From IMG/VR virus record IMGVR_UViG_2606217109_000003, positions 1 through 14,438 of that record: a DNA stretch of 14,438 nucleotides, one strand, 5' to 3'. This document shows positions 1 through 8,550 of the stretch, in pieces. The stretch comes from a virus. Its lineage: Duplodnaviria > Heunggongvirae > Uroviricota > Caudoviricetes. The position numbers and the translations under genes are program-made. Every line of letters starts with the position of its first letter. Position 1 is the stretch's first letter. The notes below the pieces were generated by a model. It saw nothing but the letters and a program-made list of their open reading frames with translations. It was not told the origin of the DNA and did no database searches.

Positions 1-1152
1 ATGAGACGAACATTTACAGCAGAGGAAAAAGCCTCTGTTTTTGAACTATGGAAGAACGGAACAGGCTTCAGTGAAATAGCGAATATCCTGGGTTCAAAAC
101 CCGGAACGATCTTCACTATGTTAAGGGATACTGGCGGCATAAAACCCCATGAGCGTAAGCGGGCTGTAGCTCACCTGACACTGTCTGAGCGCGAGGAGAT
201 ACGAGCTGGTTTGTCAGCCAAAATGAGCATTCGTGCGATAGCTACTGCGCTGAATCGCAGTCCTTCGACGATCTCACGTGAAGTTCAGCGTAATCGGGGC
301 AGACGCTATTACAAAGCTGTTGATGCTAATAACCGAGCCAACAGAATGGCGAAAAGGCCAAAACCGTGCTTACTGGATCAAAATTTACCATTGCGAAAGC
401 TTGTTCTGGAAAAGCTGGAGATGAAATGGTCTCCAGAGCAAATATCAGGATGGTTAAGGCGAACAAAACCACGTCAAAAAACGCTGCGAATATCACCTGA
501 GACAATTTATAAAACGCTGTACTTTCGTAGCCGTGAAGCGCTACACCACCTGAATATACAGCATCTGCGACGGTCGCATAGCCTTCGCCATGGCAGGCGT
601 CATACCCGCAAAGGCGAAAGAGGTACGATTAACATAGTGAACGGAACACCAATTCACGAACGTTCCCGAAATATCGATAACAGACGCTCTCTGGGACATT
701 GGGAGGGCGATTTAGTCTCAGGTACAAAAAACTCTCATATAGCCACACTTGTAGACCGAAAATCACGTTATACGATCATCCTTAGACTCAGGGGCAAAGA
801 TTCTGTCTCAGTAAATCAGGCTCTTACCGACAAATTCCTGAGTTTACCGTCAGAACTCAGAAAATCACTGACATGGGACAGAGGAATGGAACTGGCCAGA
901 CATCTAGAATTTACTGTCAGCACCGGCGTTAAAGTTTACTTCTGCGATCCTCAGAGTCCTTGGCAGCGGGGAACAAATGAGAACACAAATGGGCTAATTC
1001 GGCAGTACTTTCCTAAAAAGACATGTCTTGCCCAATATACTCAACATGAACTAGATCTGGTTGCTGCTCAGCTAAACAACAGACCGAGAAAGACACTGAA
1101 GTTCAAAACACCGAAAGAGATAATTGAAAGGGGTGTTGCATTGACAGATTGA
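1..1152 (+). CDS. insI: IS30 family transposase (InsI)
   Basis: Full-length 383-aa ORF with ATG at 1 and TGA at 1150-1152; the sequence is recognisable as IS30 InsI. Confidence 0.93.
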   Translation: MRRTFTAEEKASVFELWKNGTGFSEIANILGSKPGTIFTMLRDTGGIKPHERKRAVAHLTLSEREEIRAGLSAKMSIRAIATALNRSPSTISREVQRNRGRRYYKAVDANNRANRMAKRPKPCLLDQNLPLRKLVLEKLEMKWSPEQISGWLRRTKPRQKTLRISPETIYKTLYFRSREALHHLNIQHLRRSHSLRHGRRHTRKGERGTINIVNGTPIHERSRNIDNRRSLGHWEGDLVSGTKNSHIATLVDRKSRYTIILRLRGKDSVSVNQALTDKFLSLPSELRKSLTWDRGMELARHLEFTVSTGVKVYFCDPQSPWQRGTNENTNGLIRQYFPKKTCLAQYTQHELDLVAAQLNNRPRKTLKFKTPKEIIERGVALTD

Positions 1153-1159
1153 ATCTACA
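1134..1159. repeat. IS30 right terminal inverted repeat (about 26 bp)
   Basis: Terminal sequence of the IS overlapping the 3' end of the transposase ORF; the element boundary at 1159 is defined by the switch to cII codons on the minus strand. Confidence 0.75.
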
Positions 1160-1203
1160 CTCTCGATTCGTAGTGCCTCGTTGCGTTTGTTTGCACGAAC
1201 CAT
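1160..1203 (-). pseudogene. cII: cII 5' fragment (first ~15 codons), truncated by the IS30 insertion
   Basis: Minus-strand reading from ATG (complement of 1201-1203) gives MVRANKRNEALRIES, the N-terminus of lambda CII, then runs into the IS30 end. The rest of cII must lie beyond the IS, outside the window. Confidence 0.85.
1181..1194 (+). promoter_or_regulatory. pRE CII-binding repeat TTGC-N6-TTGC (-35 region of pRE, reading toward cro antisense and cI)
   Basis: TTGCgtttgtTTGC overlaps the cII start codon, as in lambda. Confidence 0.6.
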
Positions 1204-1282
1204 ATGTAAGTATTTCCTTAGATAACAATTGATTGAATGTATGCAAATAAATGCATACACCATAGGTGTGGTTTAATTGGAT

Positions 1283-1297
1283 GCCCTTTTTCAGGGC
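1283..1297 (-). promoter_or_regulatory. nutR boxB hairpin
   Basis: GCCCTTTTTCAGGGC on the plus strand is the reverse complement of lambda nutR boxB GCCCTGAAAAAGGGC, located downstream of cro in the pR transcript. Confidence 0.75.
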
Positions 1298-1321
1298 TGT
1301 GATGTGTAAGAGCGGTGTTAT

Positions 1322-1531
<210 letters not shown>

Positions 1532-1548
1532 TTAGTACATGCAATTAT

Positions 1549-1612
1549 TATCACCGCTAGAGGTAAAACAGTCAACACGCACGGTGTTAGATATTTATCC
1601 CTTGCGGTGATA
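1549..1612. promoter_or_regulatory. Right operator OR1 (1549-1565), OR2 (1573-1589), OR3 (1596-1612) with divergent pR (toward cro) and pRM (toward cI)
   Basis: Three 17-bp lambda-type operators: TATCACCGCTAGAGGTA, CAACACGCACGGTGTTA, TATCCCTTGCGGTGATA. pR -10 GATAAT / -35 TTGACT are present on the minus strand; pRM TAGATA (1588-1593) and TAGATT (1611-1616) precede the leaderless cI ATG at 1623. Confidence 0.9.
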
Positions 1613-1619
1613 GATTTAA

Positions 1620-2336
<717 letters not shown>

Positions 2337-2375
2337 TGAAACCACTTTTATCTACAATTTACAGGGCGGTAAACA

Positions 2376-2933
2376 TTGGCAAAAATAGATGATTATCAGC
2401 CAAGCCAAGTAGAAGTTGATAAAGTACTTTATTGTAAAAAAATAGTTAACTTTTCTGGCGTTAAATGGAAACAGAAACCAAGTCGCTCTGATATGTGGCT
2501 ACAAGCTCATATCATCCCCTTGGATGAGGATTGTATACCTATACAAGGGCTAAAGTTTGAACTGAAATGGAAACCAGATCAGGATTCAGAACCTGATGAC
2601 CCGATTTCTTACCCTAAAATAAATATTATTGCTTTCTATCATAACAAGAGGGTTTTCGCGGTAGATACCTATCACTTTGACAAACACACGAATAGTTACA
2701 AGGTCGATCATCCGAAGTACCAAGATATCATTTACGGTGCTCATTACCATGTATACTATGAAGAAGCTGGATACTATAGTGATAGAATAGCGTTTCCAAT
2801 CGAAGATGACATAAACCCAGATGACCTGGTAGGGTATTGGAATTACTTCTGTAAACATCTGAACATAACTTACTCTGGGAGAATACCTTTACCGCTTGAA
2901 GATGAGTCGGGGCAAATGGGGTTTGGAATATGA
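2376..2933 (+). CDS. hypothetical protein, cassette gene A in the rexA position (185 aa, acidic, Tyr/His/Asp-rich, no TM segment)
   Basis: ORF immediately downstream of cI on the same strand. The first in-frame start is TTG at 2376 (a TAA lies in frame at 2370-2372), with a G-rich SD-like cagggcgg upstream. It overlaps the next ORF in an ATGA arrangement. Not RexA by length or sequence. Confidence 0.6.
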   Translation: MAKIDDYQPSQVEVDKVLYCKKIVNFSGVKWKQKPSRSDMWLQAHIIPLDEDCIPIQGLKFELKWKPDQDSEPDDPISYPKINIIAFYHNKRVFAVDTYHFDKHTNSYKVDHPKYQDIIYGAHYHVYYEEAGYYSDRIAFPIEDDINPDDLVGYWNYFCKHLNITYSGRIPLPLEDESGQMGFGI

Positions 2934-3682
2934 TGTGCTCAACAGTGATCTCACAACTAGGTTTCGAATGCCATCCAATAGGCAAGACCTTGAGAATTAT
3001 CAGTCCATTCACTTACTGTGATGATGGAGAGCATGTCGGTGCCTTTATCCGTGAAGTCAATGGTAGGTATTTAGTTAGTGACAGATGCGATGCCTTAATG
3101 AATATGGAGGCAAGAGGGATCTCGCTTACCAAAAAACGACTTGATGAGATACGACAATTACTGCTTAAAGAAGGCGCAGAACTCAATGCTCGAGGAGAAA
3201 TCATTGCTTGGGCAACAGAAAAGGATGTCGGTGCGATTACATCGAACATAATTAGAGCTGGTATACTCGCATCAACTTTGTCGTTAGACTGGTATCAGCC
3301 AGTTCAAGCTGAAAAGTTTGAAAGTATGGTTATTGATTATCTATATCACACAGAGCTTAGAGAGGCACTTTCTCTTCGTGAAAACGTATATGGCTTGAGT
3401 GGACATCAAATTACCGTCCCTGTAACAATAAAAACCGACATACCTAAATACGTTTTTACATCAAGCGTGAAACACGGAGGAAGCTGGAATAGTGCTTACT
3501 CATTGCTTGGGAAACTAATTGATCTTAAAGCTTCAAGTGAGGAGTATAACAACAGATTTGTTGTTATAGACAGCGAAGCAATTGGTGATCAAATGCAACA
3601 ACTCTCCTTACTCTTCCATGAATCAAGCCAAGTTCTACCATTCTCCAAAAGAGAGACTTGGATTAAGAGACTTGCAGCATAA
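2930..3682 (+). CDS. hypothetical protein, cassette gene B in the rexB position (250 aa, soluble-looking)
   Basis: ATG at 2930 (or 2933) overlaps the stop of gene A (ATGATG / TGA 2931-2933), implying translational coupling. Followed at once by a rho-independent terminator. Not RexB (RexB is a 144-aa polytopic membrane protein). Confidence 0.65.
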   Translation: MMCSTVISQLGFECHPIGKTLRIISPFTYCDDGEHVGAFIREVNGRYLVSDRCDALMNMEARGISLTKKRLDEIRQLLLKEGAELNARGEIIAWATEKDVGAITSNIIRAGILASTLSLDWYQPVQAEKFESMVIDYLYHTELREALSLRENVYGLSGHQITVPVTIKTDIPKYVFTSSVKHGGSWNSAYSLLGKLIDLKASSEEYNNRFVVIDSEAIGDQMQQLSLLFHESSQVLPFSKRETWIKRLAA

Positions 3683-3686
3683 TACA

Positions 3687-3713
3687 ACCCGGCCTCAGCG
3701 CCGGGTTTTCTTT
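3687..3713 (+). terminator. rho-independent terminator ending the cI-cassette transcript (tImm-equivalent)
   Basis: aCCCGGC-ctcagc-GCCGGGt stem-loop followed by TTTTCTTT, 5 bp after the gene B stop. Confidence 0.65.
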
Positions 3714-3870
3714 GCCTCACGATCGCCCCACCTAAAAACACATAACCAATTGTATTTATTGGAAAATAAATAGATACAACTCACTAAACAACGCAATTCT
3801 GATCTCTCCTTACATCGCCGAGGCAATACACTCACTCGAAAAAATAAATCCATATAAAAAACATACAGAT

Positions 3871-3933
3871 AACCATTTGCGGTGATAAAATATCTCTAGC
3901 GGTGTTGACACAAATACCACTAGCGGTGATACT
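3871..3933 (+). promoter_or_regulatory. Left operator OL3 (3871-3887), OL2 (3891-3907), OL1 (3915-3931) with pL (-35 TTGACA 3905-3910, -10 GATACT 3928-3933) reading toward N
   Basis: AACCATTTGCGGTGATA, TATCTCTAGCGGTGTTG, TACCACTAGCGGTGATA: lambda-type 17-mers, each with one difference from the canonical sequences as I recall them. Confidence 0.88.
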
Positions 3934-3989
3934 TAGCTCGTCAGCAGGACGCACTAACCACCATTGAAGGTGAGGCTCTTAAAAATTTA

Positions 3990-4004
3990 GCCCTGAAGAA
4001 GGGC
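3990..4004 (+). promoter_or_regulatory. nutL boxB (boxA-like GCTCTTAAAAATTTA lies just upstream at about 3975-3989)
   Basis: GCCCTGAAGAAGGGC is the lambda nutL boxB hairpin, between pL and N. Confidence 0.85.
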
Positions 4005-4114
4005 AGCATTCAAAGCAGAAAGCTTTGAGTAGCGCGAAATGCAGCTGCAAGACAGCAACCGTGGGGATAAGCATCACGGCGCGTTACTCAAAGCTAACTG
4101 ACAGGAGAATCCAG

Positions 4115-4438
4115 ATGGATGCACAAACACGCCGCCGCGAACGTCGCGCAGAGAAACAGGCTCAATGGAAAGCAGCAAATCCCCTGTTGGTTGGGGTAAG
4201 CGCAAAACCAGTTAACCGCCCTATTCTCTCGCTGAATCGCAAACCGAAATCACGAGTAGAAAGCGCACTGAATCCGATAGACCTTACAGTGCTGGCTGAA
4301 TACCACGAACAGATTGAAAGCAACCTGCAACGTATTGAGCGCAAGAATCAGCGCACATGGTACAGCAAGCCTGGCGAACGCGGCATAACATGCAGTGGAC
4401 GCCAGAAAATTAAGGGAAAATCGATTCCTCTTACCTAG
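4115..4438 (+). CDS. N: antitermination protein N
   Basis: 107-aa ORF from ATG 4115 (MDAQTRRRERRAEKQAQWKAANPLLVG...), with the arginine-rich boxB-binding motif at the N-terminus. The ORF-track start at 4025 is an upstream in-frame extension through the nutL leader. Confidence 0.95.
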   Translation: MDAQTRRRERRAEKQAQWKAANPLLVGVSAKPVNRPILSLNRKPKSRVESALNPIDLTVLAEYHEQIESNLQRIERKNQRTWYSKPGERGITCSGRQKIKGKSIPLT

Positions 4439-4993
4439 TTACTTAGATATTGGCCTTGGCTTTATCTCAATATTATATGGATCATAGCTGGCAACTAATT
4501 CAGTCCAGTAAATATCCTCAATAGGGAATAATATATGCTTCCCGTTCCATCGGGAAAAAGTTTTGTTCAACACACCAAGCTCAATCAACTCACTAATGTA
4601 TGGGAATTGTTTTGATGTAACCACATACTTCCTGCCTTCATTAAGGGCTGCGCACAAAACCATAGATTGCTCTTCTGTAAGGTTTTGAATTACCGATCGC
4701 ACTTTATCGTTTTGCATCTTAATGCGTTTTCTTAGCTTAAATCGCTTATATCTGGCGCTGGCAATAGCTGATAATCGATGCACATTAATTGCTAGCGAAA
4801 ATGCAAGAGCAAAGACGAAAACATGCCACACATGAGGAATACCGATTCTCTCATTAACATATTCAGGCCAGTTATCTGGGCTTAAAAGCAGAAGTCCAAC
4901 CCAGATAACGATCATATACATGGTTCTCTCCAGAGGTTCATTACTGAACACTCGTCCGAGAATAACGAGTGGATCCATTTCTATACTCATCAA
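4439..4993 (-). CDS. sieB: superinfection exclusion protein B (membrane protein)
   Basis: 184-aa minus-strand ORF with two hydrophobic segments, at the lambda sieB position (convergent with N, between N and ral). The exact start is uncertain (MMSIEM... versus the internal MDPLV...). Confidence 0.8.
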   Translation of the reverse strand: MMSIEMDPLVILGRVFSNEPLERTMYMIVIWVGLLLLSPDNWPEYVNERIGIPHVWHVFVFALAFSLAINVHRLSAIASARYKRFKLRKRIKMQNDKVRSVIQNLTEEQSMVLCAALNEGRKYVVTSKQFPYISELIELGVLNKTFSRWNGKHILFPIEDIYWTELVASYDPYNIEIKPRPISK

Positions 4994-5117
4994 ACTGTAG
5001 GGGTTGTAATAGTTTATCCGATTTCTCGCTGTAGGGGTACACGAGAACCACCGAGCCTGATGTGGTTAAAAGACAGGCACAATCTTTACTACCGCAATCC
5101 ACTATTTAAGGTGATAT

Positions 5118-5204
5118 ATGGAAGAAGAATTTGAAGAGTTCGAAGAGCATCCGCAGGATGTAATGGAACAGTACCAGGACTATCCGTATGACTACGACTA
5201 TTGA
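5118..5204 (+). CDS. small acidic ORF, 28 aa (lambda orf28-like)
   Basis: ATG 5118 to TGA 5202-5204 encodes MEEEFEEFEEHPQDVMEQYQDYPYDYDY and overlaps the ral start. Below the 60-aa cutoff of the ORF track, found by reading the sequence. Confidence 0.5.
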   Translation: MEEEFEEFEEHPQDVMEQYQDYPYDYDY

Positions 5205-5367
5205 TAAGAATCAATGGTGTGGACAATTCAAGCGATGCAATGGATGCAAGCTGCAATCGGAATGCATGGTTAAGCCTGAAGAAATGTTTCCTGTAATGGA
5301 AGATGGGAAATATGTCGATAAATGGGCAATACGAACGACGGCAATGATTGCCAGAGAACTTGGTTAA
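5188..5367 (+). CDS. ral: restriction alleviation protein Ral, apparently truncated at codon 60
   Basis: MTTTIDKNQWCGQFKRCNGCKLQSECMVKPEEMFPVMEDGKYVDKWAIRTTAMIARELG, then TAA (5365-5367). The next codons in frame read QNNKAA then TGA (5386-5388), which matches the C-terminus of the 66-aa lambda Ral as I recall it. Confidence 0.75.
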   Translation: MTTTIDKNQWCGQFKRCNGCKLQSECMVKPEEMFPVMEDGKYVDKWAIRTTAMIARELG

Positions 5368-5524
5368 CAGAACAACAAAGCTGCCTGATAGTGGCCTTTC
5401 TTTTTGGCATAAATAACAGAATAAACACTGCACTGTGTATTCATTCCAACGAGTGAATACACGGAGCAATGTCGCTCGTAACTAAACAGGAGCCGACTTG
5501 TTCTGATTATTGGAAATCTTCTTT

Positions 5525-5551
5525 GCCCTCCAGTGTGAGGGCGATTTTTTA
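5525..5551 (+). terminator. rho-independent terminator in the early-left transcript (tL-type)
   Basis: GCCCTC-cagtgt-GAGGGC stem-loop followed by gATTTTTTAT. Confidence 0.6.
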
Positions 5552-5570
5552 TCTATGAGGATATGAACAG

Positions 5571-5939
5571 ATGTCAAACATCAAAAAATACATCATTGAT
5601 TACGACTGGAAAGCATCAATAGAAATTGAAATCGACCATGACGTAATGACAGAGGAAAAACTTCACCAGATTAATAATTTCTGGTCAGACTCTGAATACC
5701 GACTCAATAAACACGGCTCTGTATTAAATGCTGTATTAATCATGCTGGCGCAACATGCTCTGCTTATAGCAATTTCAAGCGACTTAAATGCATATGGTGT
5801 TGTGTGTGAGTTCGACTGGAATGATGGAAATGGTCAGGAAGGATGGCCTCCAATGGATGGTAGCGAAGGAATAAGAATTACCGATATCGATACATCAGGA
5901 ATATTTGATTCAGATGATATGACTATCAAAGCCGCCTGA
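5571..5939 (+). CDS. ea10: early-left protein Ea10-like (122 aa)
   Basis: 369-bp ORF with SD tGAGGA, at the position and with the length of lambda ea10 between ral and cIII. Confidence 0.65.
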   Translation: MSNIKKYIIDYDWKASIEIEIDHDVMTEEKLHQINNFWSDSEYRLNKHGSVLNAVLIMLAQHALLIAISSDLNAYGVVCEFDWNDGNGQEGWPPMDGSEGIRITDIDTSGIFDSDDMTIKAA

Positions 5940-6011
5940 GCGCGGCGTTACCGCATACCAATAACGCTTCACTCGAGGCGTTTTTCGTTATGTATAAATA
6001 AGGAGCACACC

Positions 6012-6176
6012 ATGCAATATGCCATTGCAGGGTGGCCTGTTGCTGGCTGCCCTTCCGAATCTTTACTTGAACGAATCACCCGTAAATTACGTGACGGATG
6101 GAAACGCCTTATCGACATACTTAATCAGCCAGGAGTCCCAAAAAATGGATCAAACACTTATGGCTATCCAGACTAA
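6012..6176 (+). CDS. cIII: CIII (FtsH inhibitor stabilising CII)
   Basis: 54-aa [57 protein letters not shown] with SD AAGGAG. It is below the ORF-track cutoff; the 6019-6288 track ORF is a different-frame artefact running into kil. Confidence 0.9.
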   Translation: MQYAIAGWPVAGCPSESLLERITRKLRDGWKRLIDILNQPGVPKNGSNTYGYPD

Positions 6177-6288
6177 ATTCACTATCGCCACTTTTATTGG
6201 CGATGAAAAGATGTTTCGTGAGGCCGTCGACGCTTATAAAAAATGGATATTAATACTGAAACTGAGATCAAGCAAAAGCATTCACTAA
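6145..6288 (+). CDS. kil: Kil (host cell-division inhibitor)
   Basis: 47-aa [50 protein letters not shown] overlapping the cIII 3' end and the gam 5' end, as in lambda. Confidence 0.85.
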   Translation: MDQTLMAIQTKFTIATFIGDEKMFREAVDAYKKWILILKLRSSKSIH

Positions 6289-6659
6289 CCCCCTTTCCTG
6301 TTTTCCTAATCAGCCCGGCATTTCGCGGGCGATATTTTCACAGCTATTTCAGGAGTTCAGCCATGAACGCTTATTACATTCAGGATCGTCTTGAGGCTCA
6401 GAGCTGGACGCGTCACTACCAGCAGCTCGCCCGTGAAGAGAAAGAGGCAGAACTGGCAGACGACATGGAAAAAAGCCTGCCCCAGCACCTGTTTGAATCG
6501 CTATGCATCGATCATTTGCAACGCCACGGGGCCAGCAAAAAAGCCATTACCCGTGCGTTTGATGACGATGTTGAGTTTCAGGAGCGCATGGCAGAACACA
6601 TCCGGTACATGGTTGAAACCATTGCTCACCACCAGGTTGATATTGATTCAGAGGTATAA
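6243..6659 (+). CDS. gam: Gam (RecBCD inhibitor)
   Basis: 138-aa ORF recognisable as lambda Gam ([55 protein letters not shown]...). Confidence 0.95.
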   Translation: MDINTETEIKQKHSLTPFPVFLISPAFRGRYFHSYFRSSAMNAYYIQDRLEAQSWTRHYQQLAREEKEAELADDMEKSLPQHLFESLCIDHLQRHGASKKAITRAFDDDVEFQERMAEHIRYMVETIAHHQVDIDSEV

Positions 6660-6664
6660 AACGG

Positions 6665-7450
6665 ATGAGTACAGCACTCGCAACGCTGGCTGGGAAGCTG
6701 GCTGAACGTGTCGGCATGGATTCTGTCGACCCACAGGAACTGATCACCACTCTTCGCCAGACGGCATTTAAAGGTGATGCCAGCGATGCGCAGTTCATCG
6801 CATTGTTGATCGTCGCCAACCAGTACGGCCTTAATCCGTGGACGAAAGAAATTTACGCCTTCCCTGACAAGCAGAACGGCATCGTTCCGGTGGTGGGCGT
6901 TGATGGCTGGTCCCGTATCATCAATGAAAACCAGCAGTTTGATGGCATGAACTTTGAGCAGGACAATGAATCATGTACATGCCGGATTTACCGCAAGGAC
7001 CGTAATCATCCGATCTGCGTTACCGAGTGGATGGATGAATGCCGCCGCGAACCATTCAAAACCCGCGAAGGCAGAGAAATCACCGGACCGTGGCAGTCGC
7101 ATCCCAAACGGATGTTACGGCATAAAGCCATGATTCAGTGTGCCCGTCTGGCCTTCGGATTTGCTGGTATCTATGACAAGGATGAAGCCGAGCGCATTGT
7201 CGAAAATACTGCATACACTGCAGAACGTCAGCCGGAACGCGACATCACTCCGGTTAACGATGAAACCATGCAGGAGATTAACACTCTGCTGATCGCCCTG
7301 GATAAAACATGGGATGACGACTTATTGCCGCTCTGTTCCCAGATATTTCGCCGCGACATTCGCGCATCGTCAGAACTGACACAGGCCGAAGCAGTGAAAG
7401 CTCTTGGATTCCTGAAACAGAAAGCCACTGAGCAGAAGGTGGCAGCATGA
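6665..7450 (+). CDS. bet: Red beta single-strand annealing protein
   Basis: 261-aa ORF recognisable as lambda Beta; its stop overlaps the exo start (ATGA). Confidence 0.97.
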   Translation: MSTALATLAGKLAERVGMDSVDPQELITTLRQTAFKGDASDAQFIALLIVANQYGLNPWTKEIYAFPDKQNGIVPVVGVDGWSRIINENQQFDGMNFEQDNESCTCRIYRKDRNHPICVTEWMDECRREPFKTREGREITGPWQSHPKRMLRHKAMIQCARLAFGFAGIYDKDEAERIVENTAYTAERQPERDITPVNDETMQEINTLLIALDKTWDDDLLPLCSQIFRRDIRASSELTQAEAVKALGFLKQKATEQKVAA

Positions 7451-8127
7451 CACCGGACATTATCCTGCAGCGTGCCGGGATCGACGTGAGAGCTGTCGAA
7501 CAGGGAGATGATGCGTGGCACAAATTACGGCTCGGCGTCATCACAGCTTCAGAAGTTCATAACGTAATAGCAAAACCCCGCTCCGGAAAAAAGTGGCCTG
7601 ACATGAAAATGTCCTACTTCCACACCCTGCTGGCTGAGGTTTGCACCGGTGTGGCTCCGGAAGTTAATGCTAAGGCGCTGGCCTGGGGAAAACAGTACGA
7701 GAACGACGCCAGAGCCCTGTTTGAGTTTACTTCCGGCGTGAATGTTACTGAATCCCCGATCATCTATCGCGACGAAAGTATGCGCACCGCCTGCTCTCCC
7801 GATGGTTTATGCAGTGACGGCAACGGCCTTGAACTGAAATGCCCGTTTACCTCCCGGGATTTCATGAAATTCCGGCTCGGTGGTTTCGAGGCCATAAAGT
7901 CGGCTTACATGGCCCAGGTGCAGTACAGCATGTGGGTGACGCGAAAAGATGCCTGGTACTTTGCCAACTATGACCCACGAATGAAGCGTGAAGGCCTGCA
8001 TTATGTCGTGGTTGAGCGGGATGAAAATTACATGGCGAGTTTTGACGAGATGGTGCCGGAGTTCATCGAAAAAATGGACGAGGCACTGGCTGAAATTGGT
8101 TTTGTATTTGGGGAGCAATGGCGATGA
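7447..8127 (+). CDS. exo: Red alpha 5'-3' exonuclease
   Basis: 226-aa ORF recognisable as lambda Exo (MTPDIILQR...GEQWR). Confidence 0.97.
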   Translation: MTPDIILQRAGIDVRAVEQGDDAWHKLRLGVITASEVHNVIAKPRSGKKWPDMKMSYFHTLLAEVCTGVAPEVNAKALAWGKQYENDARALFEFTSGVNVTESPIIYRDESMRTACSPDGLCSDGNGLELKCPFTSRDFMKFRLGGFEAIKSAYMAQVQYSMWVTRKDAWYFANYDPRMKREGLHYVVVERDENYMASFDEMVPEFIEKMDEALAEIGFVFGEQWR

Positions 8128-8306
8128 CGCATCCTCACGATAATATCCGGGTGGGCGCGATCACTTTCGTCTACTCCATTACAAAGCGAGGCTGGGTATT
8201 TCCCGGCCTTTCTGTTATCAGAAATCCCCTGAAAGCACAGCGACTGGCTGAGGAGATAAATAATAAACGGGGAGCTGTATGCACAAAGCATCTCCCGTTG
8301 AGTTAA
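8124..8306 (+). CDS. small early-left protein, lambda orf60a-like (60 aa from ATG 8124)
   Basis: ATG 8124 overlaps the exo stop (ATGA); the 183-bp length matches lambda orf60a. The ORF-track start at 8118 is two codons further upstream. Confidence 0.6.
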   Translation: MTHPHDNIRVGAITFVYSITKRGWVFPGLSVIRNPLKAQRLAEEINNKRGAVCTKHLPLS

Positions 8307-8470
8307 GAACGAGTATCGAGATGGCACATAGCCTCGCTCAAATTGGAGTCAGGTTTGTGCCAATATCAGTAGAAACAGACGAAGAATTTCATACGTTAGC
8401 CGCATCCCTTTCACAAAAGCTGGAAATGATGGTGGCGAAAGCAGAAGCAGATGAGAGAGACCAGGTATGA
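8279..8470 (+). CDS. small early-left protein, lambda orf63-like (63 aa)
   Basis: 192-bp ORF overlapping the 3' end of the preceding ORF, at the lambda orf63 position. Confidence 0.6.
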   Translation: MHKASPVELRTSIEMAHSLAQIGVRFVPISVETDEEFHTLAASLSQKLEMMVAKAEADERDQV

Positions 8471-8550
8471 CAACCACTGAATGCATTTTTCTGGCAGCGG
8501 GCTTCATATTCTGTGTGCTTATGCTTGCCGACATGGGGCTTGTTCAATGA
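8467..8550 (+). CDS. putative small hydrophobic peptide (27 aa)
   Basis: MTTTECIFLAAGFIFCVLMLADMGLVQ; the ATG overlaps the stop of the upstream ORF (ATGA) and its own stop overlaps the next ATG (ATGA). Hydrophobic enough for a single TM helix. Confidence 0.3.
   Translation: MTTTECIFLAAGFIFCVLMLADMGLVQ

Larger units (their letters stand above)
1..1159 (+). mobile_element. IS30: IS30 insertion sequence, 3' 1159 bp; the first ~62 bp including the left inverted repeat lie upstream of the window
   Basis: The 383-aa ORF at 1-1152 reads as the IS30 transposase (N-terminal HTH, DDE-type core). The characteristic IS30 end ...TTGACAGATTGAATCTACA finishes at 1159, directly abutting lambda cII sequence. 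IS30 is 1221 bp with the ORF starting near element position 63, which matches the window beginning at the ATG. Confidence 0.93.

Noticed and set aside
1141-1176. Possible IS30-derived outward hybrid promoter (-35 TTGACA at 1141-1146 in the right inverted repeat)
   Set aside because: No convincing -10 hexamer at 16-18 bp spacing in the adjacent cII remnant, so I cannot support a functional hybrid promoter from sequence alone.
2586-3249. Three minus-strand ORFs (90, 94 and 78 aa) antisense to the cassette genes
   Set aside because: Expected stop-free antisense frames in AT-rich coding DNA. The plus-strand genes are co-oriented with cI and translationally coupled.
4025-4114. Upstream 30-codon extension of the N ORF (ORF track starts at 4025)
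   Set aside because: This stretch is the pL leader containing nutL boxA/boxB. The true N start is ATG 4115 (MDAQTRRRERR...), giving the known 107-aa length.
5089-5469. 126-aa minus-strand ORF
   Set aside because: Antisense to the orf28/ral genes that read clearly on the plus strand; Cys/Leu-rich artefactual composition; no SD.
6019-6288. 89-aa plus-strand ORF spanning cIII and kil
   Set aside because: It is an out-of-frame read through the cIII coding region that merges into the kil frame. The real genes are cIII (6012-6176) and kil (6145-6288).
6391-8327. Alternative-frame and antisense ORFs within gam, bet and exo (6391-6705, 6547-6819, 7228-7544, 7807-8327)
   Set aside because: They lie inside full-length Red genes with clear identity; high-GC stretches generate long spurious frames.
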